Source of the DNA: a phage
Reading direction: 5' to 3' (one strand)
Sequence record: NC_101838.1
DNA: 64,000 bases
Numbering within the stretch: position 1 is the stretch's first letter; every line of letters starts with the position of its first letter. Of this stretch, positions 46,280-56,798 are shown piece by piece. The translations under genes were made by a program, and so were the position numbers. The notes beneath the pieces are model-generated. The model ran no database searches and was not told where the DNA came from. It was given only the letters and a program-made list of their open reading frames with translations.

Positions 46280-47557
46280 TTATTTACTCAACGGACAACA
46301 GTCTACATTCCCAACATGTTTAACACGTTCGATAACCTCTGCTTGTTTACCTGTGTTATACGGCCTACTGTTCGGGCTGGAGAGATAGCCAGACACTCTT
46401 CGGATCACTGAGATATATTGTTCATCGTGGCATCCGCACGCAGGGCAGCAGAACCCTTTAGCTGTTGCACTGAACTCACCAGAGAAACCACACTTGAGAC
46501 ATTTATCCACAGGTTGGTTAATACCAAAATACATAATGTGTTTATACCCGAAGTCAACAAGAGCCTCTAAAGCATCAAGGTTGTTTTTCAGGTTAGGTGT
46601 CTCTACGTATCCGATGTTGCCACCGGAGGAGATCATAGCAAAACCTTCCTCATACTCCCACTTATCAAAAGGAGAGCTATTGATCCATACTGGCTGATGG
46701 AAACTGTTGGTGAGATATTCATGCTCGTGCTTTAACACTTCTGGATATTCACGATCCAGACAGGTTGCAGCTTTATAGCATAGACTCTCAGAAGGAGTGC
46801 CGTACAAGCTAAATGCTAGTCTACTTTCCTTCTTGTATCGCTCACAAGCATCTCTCATGTGCTGAAGGATTCCAAGAGCTAAAGCCTTGTCACCTTCTCT
46901 GCCCAAAATCTGACAGGTTTCATACACACCAATGTACCCAATGCTGATGGAAGCGTACCCGTCATAGAAGAGTTTATCAATACTTTCTTCAGGATCCAGG
47001 CGAGCAAGAGCGCCTTCACACCACATGATGGGGTTCTGCCCTGCCTTTGTTCCTTTTAGACGGTTAACCCTTACAAGGTGAGCCTCGTATGCAAGATCCA
47101 AGTATTCGTCAAGAACTGCAAAGAAATCAACACCTTCCGTCTTAGCTTTTGCCGCAATCATTGGCAGGTTAAGGCTAACAACGCCTAAGTTAAATCTGCC
47201 AAGGTATTTCTCCTCGCCTGTTTCCAAGTCATTGTATTTGCTAAGAAAACTCCGGCAACCCATGCTCGTTACTTTGCCATCTGTCGAGCCTGTCACTTTT
47301 CTATTTAGTGGTACAGATACGAAGTCAGGATAGATACGTTCTGCACAGCATTCCAGAGCTAATCGTTTCAAATCATAGTTAGGATCTCCAGGGTTCATGT
47401 TGACACCCTCTTCTAGGAAGAACAGCACTTTAGGGAACACAGGTGTGATCCGTTCTTCACCAAGACCCATTTTGTGGACTTTCAAGTAATTTTTGGTAAT
47501 CATTCTACCAAAGACCGAGGTATCCAGTCCTAAACTTAATGTGATGAATGGAGTCTG
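46280..47557 (-). CDS. nrdD: anaerobic ribonucleoside-triphosphate reductase NrdD, exon 2
   Basis: Begins QTPFITLS, continuing exon 1; CCPACGCH zinc site; glycyl-radical motif RRVSGY near C-terminus. Confidence 0.8.
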   Translation of the reverse strand, partial: QTPFITLSLGLDTSVFGRMITKNYLKVHKMGLGEERITPVFPKVLFFLEEGVNMNPGDPNYDLKRLALECCAERIYPDFVSVPLNRKVTGSTDGKVTSMGCRSFLSKYNDLETGEEKYLGRFNLGVVSLNLPMIAAKAKTEGVDFFAVLDEYLDLAYEAHLVRVNRLKGTKAGQNPIMWCEGALARLDPEESIDKLFYDGYASISIGYIGVYETCQILGREGDKALALGILQHMRDACERYKKESRLAFSLYGTPSESLCYKAATCLDREYPEVLKHEHEYLTNSFHQPVWINSSPFDKWEYEEGFAMISSGGNIGYVETPNLKNNLDALEALVDFGYKHIMYFGINQPVDKCLKCGFSGEFSATAKGFCCPACGCHDEQYISVIRRVSGYLSSPNSRPYNTGKQAEVIERVKHVGNVDCCPLSK

Positions 47558-48354
47558 CTGTCTCCTCCCTGTGTTTCCACAGGGCCAGACTATCTCTTAC
47601 TCTACTTCAATAAGATAATAACCCTTTATTGTGAGATGCTTACCTTCGGCATTTCCTTCGATAGCCCTATGAACGTTACCTACGTTCAAATTTAAGGCTT
47701 TTGCACAGGCATAGAGTGAAGGATATTCACCCACCAAGGTTTTCCCTTTGTATGCCTGCACTTTCCTATAGCACTTACCTGGACAAAGTCCTGTTCGGAA
47801 AGCATGTCTCTTATTATCTTCCGGCAAAACCCACTCTAGGTTAGACGGATGATCATTCAATGTATTGCCATCTTTATGATTCACTTCCCAGTTTTCAGGG
47901 TCTTCTGGGACATCCGGCAAACAATACAAGGCAACAATCCTTGAGGTTTGGATTCGAATCTTTTTACCTTTGTGGTTGAAAGAGTACATATAACGGCGTT
48001 TAACATGCTTGTTACCTTTTCCATAACCTCCCCACAATATTGGGTGTAGCATTCCACGTTTCCCGTATACGTTTCCAACCTCATCAATCACATAGTTTGA
48101 TTCTTCACCATTAAGAATGATCTTTTTCATAGAGCCTCTCCATTTCGAAGTTAGTATTTCAACTAACCCCTACACTACTTGGTTCAGAAATGTTTGTCAA
48201 GCATCTCTGCCTTTCGTTAGTCGTTACAACCGTTCCAACTCCTGTAAGAACTAGTCACGGGATTGGCATAGCTTTCGCCTTAGCGTTCCCCGTTAGCCGG
48301 ATTTACCGACCCCTCTTATGAGGTTAGGAGAGTTTTACAACGGCCAGTTTGTTA
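47558..48354 (-). mobile_element. group I intron interrupting nrdD
   Basis: In-frame stop right after exon 1; conserved NrdD sequence resumes at 47557; core-like elements ACGGGGAAC and CAATCCCGTG; exon 1 ends in U, intron ends in G. Confidence 0.7.
47597..48130 (-). CDS. HNH homing endonuclease (intron-encoded)
   Basis: EVNHKDGNTLNDHPSNLEWV HNH motif; GGAGAGG RBS inside intron. Confidence 0.8.
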   Translation of the reverse strand: MKKIILNGEESNYVIDEVGNVYGKRGMLHPILWGGYGKGNKHVKRRYMYSFNHKGKKIRIQTSRIVALYCLPDVPEDPENWEVNHKDGNTLNDHPSNLEWVLPEDNKRHAFRTGLCPGKCYRKVQAYKGKTLVGEYPSLYACAKALNLNVGNVHRAIEGNAEGKHLTIKGYYLIEVE

Positions 48355-49215
48355 ACCGTTGACAGAAGTTAACGTATTGATTTGATAGAGCAAAGTCTGC
48401 ATGCTGTCAAATACGTCTTTATCTGTCATTTGCATTGCAACAGTCTCAGCATCTGGCAACCAATGTTCCTGGCAAAATTTAAGGTTCTTCTCATAGGTCG
48501 CTTCAGCATACTGTGCCAGATAATGATCAATATGGCTCATAGTCTGACCCCCATATTGAGCACTAGCTACTGCACTAGAGATTTGGCTAAGGATTGTTGT
48601 TGCAACCCCTATTGACTTAGGCTTACTGACATGGGCGTTACCAATGTTGAATCCGTTTTCCAACATATCTGGATAATTTACCAAACAACAGTTTGTTAAC
48701 GGACTGATCAAGTAGTCAAGATCATGCACATGGATGAAGCCTCTATTGTGCTCTTCTGAGACACGGTCTGGCAGGATCTGTGTTGATGCAAGGTGTTTGC
48801 TAAGAATGCCTGCAAGCAGGTCACGATGAGTGTGTACATGATTGGTAGGCTTATTTGCGTTTTCTTTTGTAAATTCATCACAAGTGCGATCCAAGAAGCC
48901 ACTAATATCTGCAAGCAGTTTTCCACCTGCCTCTCTGTTATTATCTCTTGTCTGCCTATACTGGATGTATTCTCTGGCTGCACATTTTAAACCCATATCC
49001 ATAAGAGCGTCTTCAACAAGGATATGGATATTTTTTACAGAGATCGTGCACTGGTCGGTTGGTAGATTGTTAGCAACAACTTCATTAACCGCGCAGGCGA
49101 TCCGGTAAGCTTCTTCTTCAGTATGTCCAGACTCAAGTAAGGCGGACTCTGCCGCCTTGATCACCTTAATTCCGTTATAGACCTCTTCTCTACCGTCCCG
49201 TTTTACAACTTTCAC
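48355..49215 (-). CDS. nrdD: anaerobic ribonucleoside-triphosphate reductase NrdD, exon 1
   Basis: ATP-cone start MKVVKRDGREE; NrdD blocks GFIHVHDLDY, TNCCLV, MLENGFNIGNA, PKSIGVAT, QYGG. Confidence 0.85.
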
Positions 49216-49490
49216 TTTTTCTCTCCAAAACCATTCTTAACAAAAGAGATGAAATCGTCGGCACCGCCTATATGGACACTTTCAAGATTACTTTCTAAGA
49301 AGATCTGCGGCAACGTTCTGGGTACGATTGGACTGCACTTCTCAATAAGCTCTTCTTTTGTGTAACCCTCGCCAAGTGTCTTATATACAAAAGGCAGACC
49401 TTTACTGACTGCAAATTCTTTTGCTCTTACACAATGTGGGCAGTTATCTTTACCGTAAATAATAAAGAAAAAAGATTTTTCACAGCTCAT
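49212..49490 (-). CDS. glutaredoxin-like protein
   Basis: CPHC active site in glutaredoxin-like context. Confidence 0.75.
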   Translation of the reverse strand: MSCEKSFFFIIYGKDNCPHCVRAKEFAVSKGLPFVYKTLGEGYTKEELIEKCSPIVPRTLPQIFLESNLESVHIGGADDFISFVKNGFGEKK

Positions 49491-49493
49491 GTA

Positions 49494-50582
49494 TTAAAAC
49501 TCCCAAATTTCTTCTTCAGCGTCATTAACAGTTGTGTTGACGCGGTAGTCAGTGTTCGACATTTCTTGGTTCGCCGTCTGTTGCAATGAAGGTTTCATCC
49601 ACACCTGCATAAACGGTAGAGGGTCCTTTGTTGGCGGCACAAAGTCTTTGTCGATGCCGTAGTAATCATAAATCGGTGAGCAGTTATAGTCAACCCATTC
49701 TTTAAGCAACGGTGAGTTAAGACCTATAATCGCTCTTCCTTCGCTGAAAATATAGTCACTCCAACCGTACTCTTTGGTTCGTACTTCATCAAGAATCTCT
49801 TTTAACTCCCCCTTTATCTCAAGGAAGCTTTTCTCCCATGCGGGATCGTTAAGCAAGATATCAATGATGGCAAAATCACCTTTCGAATGTAGCATTTCGT
49901 CAAGCATGATTTTTTGAACAAGCTGCGCCACCTGAACAAAAATACCCTGTTCAGCTACTGCGAAAGTGCATGCAAAACTTGCAATAAACTCAATACTTTC
50001 CAGGGCTAAAAGTGCAAAAAGCGCTCTAAGAATGCATTTCCGCACAATATCTTCTTCAACACTAGAAGGATCCAGGCGGTATTTTGCACCAATAACCTCA
50101 AGCTCTTGCATGTATTTGACAATAACGCCGGATCTGCTCAGAACGTTTTGGTTTTCCTGAATCTCTTCTATAATCTCACGGGCATTGGGGAGGCATTGTC
50201 TAACAATCTCTGAGTAAGTTAGTGCGTGAAGAACTTCAATCTCTGACTGTTTCATCAATAGAGTGAAAAGCTCACTATTAGTGATGAATGGTGAAAAGAG
50301 GCAGATGATCGATCTTGCCGCAACGCTATCAGCCTCCCATTGCCACATCAAGGTCTGCACCATCACGTCATAAGTTGACTTTGAGCATGTTACAAAATCT
50401 GAAATAGATTGCGACAAATCCACTTCATCCTCTGCCCAATCTTGCTCTTTTTGTTTTTTGTATAGTTCAAACAGTTGTGGATATTTTTTGTTGATAGAGT
50501 CGTACATACCCATTTGCTGTCCCAGAAACAGCGGATAGTCACCAGTTTTATGAGCGGTGTTCTCAGCATTAAATACAGCCAT
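49494..50582 (-). CDS. nrdB: ribonucleotide reductase class I small subunit
   Basis: Di-iron ligand ExxH motifs; acidic C-terminal tail EEEIWEF. Confidence 0.85.
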   Translation of the reverse strand: MAVFNAENTAHKTGDYPLFLGQQMGMYDSINKKYPQLFELYKKQKEQDWAEDEVDLSQSISDFVTCSKSTYDVMVQTLMWQWEADSVAARSIICLFSPFITNSELFTLLMKQSEIEVLHALTYSEIVRQCLPNAREIIEEIQENQNVLSRSGVIVKYMQELEVIGAKYRLDPSSVEEDIVRKCILRALFALLALESIEFIASFACTFAVAEQGIFVQVAQLVQKIMLDEMLHSKGDFAIIDILLNDPAWEKSFLEIKGELKEILDEVRTKEYGWSDYIFSEGRAIIGLNSPLLKEWVDYNCSPIYDYYGIDKDFVPPTKDPLPFMQVWMKPSLQQTANQEMSNTDYRVNTTVNDAEEEIWEF

Positions 50583-50621
50583 TATTCTAACCTCTAAAAT
50601 GGGGCCGAAGCCCCTTTAAAA

Positions 50622-52937
50622 TTATAGTGCACAACTTTCGCAATACTGATCTTCAACTGAACTATCTGCATTCAAAGGATAGTTCTTTCTGGTTTCATCT
50701 TCAGCCTGTTTCTTGGCATGAAGTTCCTCTGCCAAGGAGTCGCCAGCACCAACCCTAGAGTTTAAATAATACCATGTCTTCATTCCGAATTTAGTGGCAC
50801 GGATAAGGTACCCTAGCTGCTCCTTCATTGAAATTTTACCATCTTTCAACTTGGTGTAGTCTATGTACAAATCCGCGCTGATTGCCTGACCTGTGAATTT
50901 TTGAATCACAGCATACATATCGATCATGTCGTTAGTATCAACGTCCCAAGCCGAAGTGTAATACTCTTTCAACTCATCATAGTCAGGAACGATAAACAGC
51001 ACCTGCCCTTGTGGCGACTTTTTAAAGATAATGTGCTCACGGACAGGATAAACCCCGTTAGTGGTGTTTGTTGCCAGCGAAGAGCTTTCATTAGGCATAT
51101 ATGCTTCAAGAACGCTATTACGTAGCCCACCATTCTCAATGATTTCTTTACGTAACCCTTCCCAATCCTGTTTAAGAGAAGGATCTTTCACCACGCTATC
51201 GACCTCTTTGTTATAGGTGTCGATTGGTAACCAACCTTCTGGATATTTTGTTTTATGCATCCACTCGCAGACACCACGCTCTTTTGCCAACCGTAAACTT
51301 GCCTTATGCAAGCTGTAGCTGTGAAGTTCTGCAAGATCGTGAACGAGCTGTTTACTTTCAGGAGACCCGTAAGTAACCTTGTGGCTGGCAATAAAATGTG
51401 CAACATTGGTAAGGCCAACCCCGATGGATCTGCGTTTTTTAACTGTGCTTTCCATATTTTCATACGGATATGTCATGATTTCCATAACATTGTCAATCAT
51501 AAGCACCGTATAGTATGCAACATCCTCATACTCCTCTGGAGTAACCCTCCCAGCTACAAGAGATGACAGGAAGCACAATGCAACCTCTCCATCATCAGCA
51601 TCGTACTTGAAGATATTACGCATATCTGAATAGCCTTTTGTCGGGAGGGCTATTTCTGCACACAGGTTGCTTGAATAGATCACATCTTTAAAAGGTGTAT
51701 GTCTATTCATCTCATCTGTCCAGTATACGTACAGCCTTCCCACCTCAGTGCGCTGCGTGATCAGTTCAACAGCAAGATCTCTAGCTCGGATCCATGTTTT
51801 AGGAATACTGTCATCTTTAGCAATACGATCAACCTCTGCATCAAACTCCTCCATAGACATGGTGAAGATACCCTCATGCAGTTGAGGCGCGTGCTTATAA
51901 GAAACAAGCATCCAATCTAAATTCTTAGCCACACGGTTGATAAACGACCTATTAATACCGATGGAGTAGTCCATGGTGTTGATTCTTTTTGAAGCAACAG
52001 TCATAGGGTTTCTCAAACGGATTAGCTCATCAATCTGCGGGTCCAGTGCAAGGAATGATACTGTTGCAGAACCACCACGTGATTGTTGTCTGTTCTCCTT
52101 AACCCCAGCATCAATACCTCGATAATATGGAATCTTACCCATATGTTTAATAGTGTTACCACGAACACCATCGCCTGCAGATCTTGAGGATAAGTAGTAG
52201 CCGATACCTGCTTGGTTAACCGTCATTGTGTACGCAACTTCACGTGCCACACCAATAGATTTTGCTGTATCGTCAGCTTTTATTACACAACAAGATGCAT
52301 ACCCTGTCTTACCTGTGCGCAGCCCGTTTAAGTACGGTGTTGGGGCATTGATCTTTAAGTCGGACAGATAAGTGTATAATTTTACAACATCGTTGATACG
52401 ACGTTCTTTCGGCATATTCTTCATGACAGCCATTGCTATCCCCATAAACATCATCTGGGGAGATTCAAACAAGGTGTCTTTAAGAGTATCCTTGATCCCG
52501 TATTTGTCGCGAAACTGTTTAAGGACTGCATAGCCATAACCGAGATCTTTACTGTGGTCAATAACAGCGTCTAAAGTGTTTAGCTCGGTAAAGCTATAAC
52601 CCATATCCTCCCAATAACCTTTCTCAACCATGTCATTGTAAAATGATGGTAAGGAAGGGATCTTTGTAAACCCTCCAAAAGCCTCTTTATAGATCTGACC
52701 AATAAGAACACGACCAGCCATACGGGAATGTGCTTCGTCTTTACGGCTAACACAAGAGTCTATAATAGCTTGGTTAACTTCTTTGGTTGTACATCCATCA
52801 TACAACCGCTTGTAGGCATCCAGTGCAATATGTGACCAATTGCCGTTACCATCGTCACCGAAAATAGCTGCCTTATTTAAACGTTCTGGATCGAATGCCA
52901 CTTCACATCCGTTGCTTTTAATTACCTTGGTGATCAA
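50622..52937 (-). CDS. nrdA: ribonucleotide reductase class I large subunit
   Basis: N-terminal ATP-cone; active-site motif SNLCAEI. Confidence 0.9.
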   Translation of the reverse strand: MITKVIKSNGCEVAFDPERLNKAAIFGDDGNGNWSHIALDAYKRLYDGCTTKEVNQAIIDSCVSRKDEAHSRMAGRVLIGQIYKEAFGGFTKIPSLPSFYNDMVEKGYWEDMGYSFTELNTLDAVIDHSKDLGYGYAVLKQFRDKYGIKDTLKDTLFESPQMMFMGIAMAVMKNMPKERRINDVVKLYTYLSDLKINAPTPYLNGLRTGKTGYASCCVIKADDTAKSIGVAREVAYTMTVNQAGIGYYLSSRSAGDGVRGNTIKHMGKIPYYRGIDAGVKENRQQSRGGSATVSFLALDPQIDELIRLRNPMTVASKRINTMDYSIGINRSFINRVAKNLDWMLVSYKHAPQLHEGIFTMSMEEFDAEVDRIAKDDSIPKTWIRARDLAVELITQRTEVGRLYVYWTDEMNRHTPFKDVIYSSNLCAEIALPTKGYSDMRNIFKYDADDGEVALCFLSSLVAGRVTPEEYEDVAYYTVLMIDNVMEIMTYPYENMESTVKKRRSIGVGLTNVAHFIASHKVTYGSPESKQLVHDLAELHSYSLHKASLRLAKERGVCEWMHKTKYPEGWLPIDTYNKEVDSVVKDPSLKQDWEGLRKEIIENGGLRNSVLEAYMPNESSSLATNTTNGVYPVREHIIFKKSPQGQVLFIVPDYDELKEYYTSAWDVDTNDMIDMYAVIQKFTGQAISADLYIDYTKLKDGKISMKEQLGYLIRATKFGMKTWYYLNSRVGAGDSLAEELHAKKQAEDETRKNYPLNADSSVEDQYCESCAL

Positions 52938-53164
52938 TTTGCTTCCTCCACTTCACTAACGTATTTATCAAGGCAGGTATCAGTATCTTGCTGGATAAAA
53001 GTATCCTCTTCTACAGAGATATTTATAATTTTACCTGTATACTCGTCATAATAGACATCATCATACATTTTAATATCGTTTGTCAGGCCATTGAACCAAA
53101 GCCAACCAACATACTCTGCCCGACTTGCAAAACCAAGATCCTTCCACTTGGAGTTATGACTCAT
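52934..53164 (-). CDS. hypothetical protein
   Basis: Internal ATG chosen (track 52934..53242). Confidence 0.4.
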   Translation of the reverse strand: MSHNSKWKDLGFASRAEYVGWLWFNGLTNDIKMYDDVYYDEYTGKIINISVEEDTFIQQDTDTCLDKYVSEVEEAN

Positions 53165-53174
53165 CTTCACCACC

Positions 53175-53675
53175 TTAGCTTTCAATACCGAATAATTTTT
53201 CCAGGCGATGCAGATCTTCAAAATTGAAAGGTTCATCAACAATATGAATATCTTCAGCCTTTTCAGATTGTTTTGTATACTTTCTTACATTAACACGATC
53301 CTCTACAGGGATATCATACGGGAGATTTTGAACAAGCATTGCCTCACCAGGTGCTTTATCTACATCTAAAATATCTACACCGTTATACATTTGTGGGTAT
53401 CTAAAGTCTGCACGCATGACACCAGCAAATACATCTGCCTTTCGATAATGTGTTGGCTTATTTTTGCATCGAACGTTTTTTCCACGAAGAACATCAATAC
53501 TTTTTAAATCAAACCCTACGGCAAAGAGTGCAGCTCGGAGACCGTTTCGTGTGCGAACGTTAAACCCGGGGACGGTAGATAGAAAATCTAAAGTAACTGA
53601 AATAAATGTCTTTTTAGGAATCATAACATTACTCATATCTGTCTCCATTTCTGGCTCACCAACAAAGTGAGCCAT
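53175..53675 (-). CDS. hypothetical protein
   Basis: ORF. Confidence 0.45.
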   Translation of the reverse strand: MAHFVGEPEMETDMSNVMIPKKTFISVTLDFLSTVPGFNVRTRNGLRAALFAVGFDLKSIDVLRGKNVRCKNKPTHYRKADVFAGVMRADFRYPQMYNGVDILDVDKAPGEAMLVQNLPYDIPVEDRVNVRKYTKQSEKAEDIHIVDEPFNFEDLHRLEKLFGIES

Positions 53676-53734
53676 TATTATAGATTATCTAATACTATTA
53701 GTCAACACAAAAGTTACCTATCGCTGTGATAGGA

Positions 53735-54718
53735 TTAACCTTTCACGAAGTGGTTATTAAGCAGTTGTCTGTGCTGAACCCACCCACAAAAGTTGGCAGA
53801 CCAGAATTTACCATCACGGTCTTGATGGGTTACACCTTCCTGCCAAGTACTGATGTCTTGTGTGATTTCACATGAAGACAGGTAGTAGTTTAAACGTTCC
53901 ATTGCGTTATCGTGATCCATAGGTGTTGCCTGGTGCTCGTAAGGGCTTGCATGAATACGATCCCCACCAATCAATTTTTTAGCCACACTATCTGCCTTTT
54001 CAAACGTGCTGTCAATATTTCGATAAGATACTTGTGCACAGCAACTAGCACTGATAGACAGAGCTTCTTTAGTATCGAGAATGCAGAGCTTTCCTTCTGT
54101 GTCACGTACAGCGTAGTTAAACTCTCCGTCCAAATAAACGTGCTCTACATATGGGGTGTGCCATTGACCCGGTTTAAGGATTTCAGGAGTGCTATTCTCA
54201 AGAGCCTCCCACATACAATTAGCTAACATCTGAATCGTAGGATCCGCATCGTGCCAGCAACGGAGGTGGAAAAAATTATTCCACTCGGTGCTTGTTACAA
54301 CTGTTTTCATGCGCTGGAACGGCTCCACTAAGCGGTTACATACTTGCTTATGGTAACCAGCAAGGGCGAACTTCTCTGCATGCCAAGCGGCGTTTTTTGC
54401 AGCTTCTTTCCAAAACTCTTCAGGAGTTAGCTCCATGTCAGTGTACTCTACACGGATCTTTTGATCGTGTTCCCCACCATCTTCCATTCCTCGCTTATTT
54501 ACACCGAAGCGAACTGGCATTGCCGGATTCTCCACAATCTGTTGCAGCATCTTGCCGACAGGTACTGCACGGGAAGACATGGCGTTTCGGCTGAACACTC
54601 GGTGCGTCATAAGCTCTGAGTGAATAATTCGAGGATACTCTAGTTCAAAAGTGGTGATACGCTTACCTTTCTCGGAAATGCTGTCAGCAATAATCTTTGC
54701 AGTGCACAGTTTTAGCAT
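53735..54718 (-). CDS. thyX: flavin-dependent thymidylate synthase (ThyX-like)
   Basis: THRVFSRNAMSS fits ThyX signature (R)HRx7S. Confidence 0.65.
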   Translation of the reverse strand: MLKLCTAKIIADSISEKGKRITTFELEYPRIIHSELMTHRVFSRNAMSSRAVPVGKMLQQIVENPAMPVRFGVNKRGMEDGGEHDQKIRVEYTDMELTPEEFWKEAAKNAAWHAEKFALAGYHKQVCNRLVEPFQRMKTVVTSTEWNNFFHLRCWHDADPTIQMLANCMWEALENSTPEILKPGQWHTPYVEHVYLDGEFNYAVRDTEGKLCILDTKEALSISASCCAQVSYRNIDSTFEKADSVAKKLIGGDRIHASPYEHQATPMDHDNAMERLNYYLSSCEITQDISTWQEGVTHQDRDGKFWSANFCGWVQHRQLLNNHFVKG

Positions 54719-54918
54719 TATTTAGCTCTCCTTGTTTTAATTTTGGAAATTTCGTCTGGGTTTATGTTGGCCTTAAATGCAAGGTATCTGTTGAACATGT
54801 CAGAGCACATATCTTGGGTGATCCTAGAGGCATACACTAGCTTACCTCCTAGATCATACACCTCTAGCCAGTCACCGTATCTGACTACAGGATCGCCACC
54901 TTTAGAACATCTGCCCAT
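54718..54918 (-). CDS. hypothetical protein
   Basis: ORF. Confidence 0.45.
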   Translation of the reverse strand: MGRCSKGGDPVVRYGDWLEVYDLGGKLVYASRITQDMCSDMFNRYLAFKANINPDEISKIKTRRAK

Positions 54919-54919
54919 T

Positions 54920-55513
54920 TCAAATACCTTCTAAAAATTTTCCTATTTTATACCAGCTATTAGCGGTATAGTCAACACTGACCTTTAACTCCTCGAATTG
55001 CTCATAAGGCGTATCTTTTAGGATTTTAATAACTTCAGGTCGTGAAGCGAATTGGTTCAGGTATTCATGCCTGTCGTCAATTATAACATCTACAGCCACA
55101 TTCCCTTTGAAATGTATGGCGTAGAAGCCGTGGCCCTGGGTGTGATCGTCCAGATCCATAAAATCACTGGTCCAACGCTTTAAGAACCTTGATTTAGATG
55201 CAAGGTGACCTTTCTTGCATACCGAGATAAATGCAAGCTTGTGACCACGAGCCACCAAATCTTTCATAACCTCAATAGCCCCCTCTTCAGGCTTAAGGAA
55301 GTCGTAGAGGAACGGATCACTCCAGAAATCAAAAGGTCCTATGATGTTTTCTTTGGGACGATCAGGCCAATACTTTGACAGATCGTAATACATTAGCCCA
55401 TTAGAAGGTTTAGCTACTGTCTTACTGGCTGGACCATACAAACGCTCCAACCACTCCCACCATGCTGTTCCTGAATCTACCAGTGTCAGATCTACATCAA
55501 TTCCGATTAACAT
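54920..55513 (-). CDS. HAD-superfamily phosphatase, probable 5'-deoxynucleotidase
   Basis: HAD motif I DVDLT at N-terminus; C-terminal DDR. Confidence 0.5.
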   Translation of the reverse strand: MLIGIDVDLTLVDSGTAWWEWLERLYGPASKTVAKPSNGLMYYDLSKYWPDRPKENIIGPFDFWSDPFLYDFLKPEEGAIEVMKDLVARGHKLAFISVCKKGHLASKSRFLKRWTSDFMDLDDHTQGHGFYAIHFKGNVAVDVIIDDRHEYLNQFASRPEVIKILKDTPYEQFEELKVSVDYTANSWYKIGKFLEGI

Positions 55514-56121
55514 TCTTCTTGGGCCTCTTTAGCATCAATATACTTGCACACAATCTCCGATGCACACTCCCAAGGTGCACCTTCAGGGTTTACAACATCA
55601 AACTCAACCCCTTTTATTCCGTTCTTTTCCAGACTTAGATAGGTTCTGGAATCATTTCCCCAGTCATATCCTACACGGTGAATACGGAACAACAACAGAT
55701 CTCCACCTGTGCTGTATGCGTACTCGCTAAGGCATGCCAGTTCCTCTTTGAATCCACCATCGGAGTAAACAATAACCCCTTTACTTTCAGGAAAATCTTT
55801 CTTCAAAGATGCGACTGCGGCTTTACCGAAAGCATCTTCACCAAAGATAGGTTTAATCAGATTTTCACTACAATGGATCATCCATTCTCGCGGAGAAACA
55901 TGCTTGCCGTCTATCATTAAGAAAGGGCAAGGCTCTTCTTTGTAGTGGCGGTCATAAAGTGCATTCCAGAGTTGAGGAGTTACACCAGCTGCCTTAATTG
56001 CCACGCTGAAGAGCATTTCCTTAACCTCGCGGTGGTGTGAGTTAGGAATAGCTTCCAACAAGAGATCTGCAATGTGATCCTTACCACTGCTGGGCGGGGC
56101 GTTAAGAACAATAATATCCAT
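55507..56121 (-). CDS. P-loop nucleotide kinase, probable deoxynucleoside monophosphate kinase
   Basis: N-terminal P-loop NAPPSSGKD. Confidence 0.55.
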   Translation of the reverse strand: MDIIVLNAPPSSGKDHIADLLLEAIPNSHHREVKEMLFSVAIKAAGVTPQLWNALYDRHYKEEPCPFLMIDGKHVSPREWMIHCSENLIKPIFGEDAFGKAAVASLKKDFPESKGVIVYSDGGFKEELACLSEYAYSTGGDLLLFRIHRVGYDWGNDSRTYLSLEKNGIKGVEFDVVNPEGAPWECASEIVCKYIDAKEAQEEC

Positions 56122-56324
56122 TAAAAACCTCCGTGGTATTCTTCAACTGCATCAATAATACTTTTACACTTATCTACCAGCTCGTTAGCCACTACAGCAT
56201 CGTCTTCCCAAACAGCCTCCTCAATCTGATCAAGCAATGATCGCATCTTACTCATCATTTCTGGGATAAAGTTTTCTGAAAAGCTGTCTGGAATTGTTAA
56301 CTCTAGTGTCATTTCGGTCTCCAA
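56121..56324 (-). CDS. hypothetical acidic protein
   Basis: ORF. Confidence 0.45.
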   Translation of the reverse strand: METEMTLELTIPDSFSENFIPEMMSKMRSLLDQIEEAVWEDDAVVANELVDKCKSIIDAVEEYHGGF

Positions 56325-56339
56325 TCATACTATACGTTA

Positions 56340-56798
56340 TTAGAAGTTTGTTTTTACACGTCCCTTTTCATCAACCTCGTTGTTAGCTAAAAGCGTTACA
56401 AAGTCTGTGAAACGAACATGAAGAACCCTTTTCTTATCAAGGTATCCTAAAGCCACCCCTGAGAAATTTAGCATCAAAGGGGCTAAAGAAGCTCTGGCAC
56501 TGAAATGCTGTTGTTCTACCCTTCCAACACCCTTAGTGTAGGATGGGTTAAGATTGTAAGTTCTGAATCCCAGTTTTGTTGGAGCTTTAGAATTAAAAAC
56601 GACTTTATAGCGTTTCTTACTCAACTTATGTTCCAGGATAAGCATTCCCTTATCACCTTTGATAAGTTGAAAATCTGTAAAGTGCTCTTTTAAGACGAAA
56701 GGTAGTGCCAGTCCCATCGCCTGTCCTCTTTGTACCGCTGTCTCACCAAAAGCTTTTGCATCAGTAAGTTCTTTGGTCAAGTCTATGCTTTTGATCAT
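56340..56798 (-). CDS. hypothetical protein
   Basis: ORF. Confidence 0.5.
   Translation of the reverse strand: MIKSIDLTKELTDAKAFGETAVQRGQAMGLALPFVLKEHFTDFQLIKGDKGMLILEHKLSKKRYKVVFNSKAPTKLGFRTYNLNPSYTKGVGRVEQQHFSARASLAPLMLNFSGVALGYLDKKRVLHVRFTDFVTLLANNEVDEKGRVKTNF

Noticed and set aside
50901-54594. Plus-strand ORFs within nrdA and thyX (e.g. 51306..51566, 53912..54226, 54292..54594)
   Set aside because: Antisense to well-supported minus-strand genes; no independent signals.
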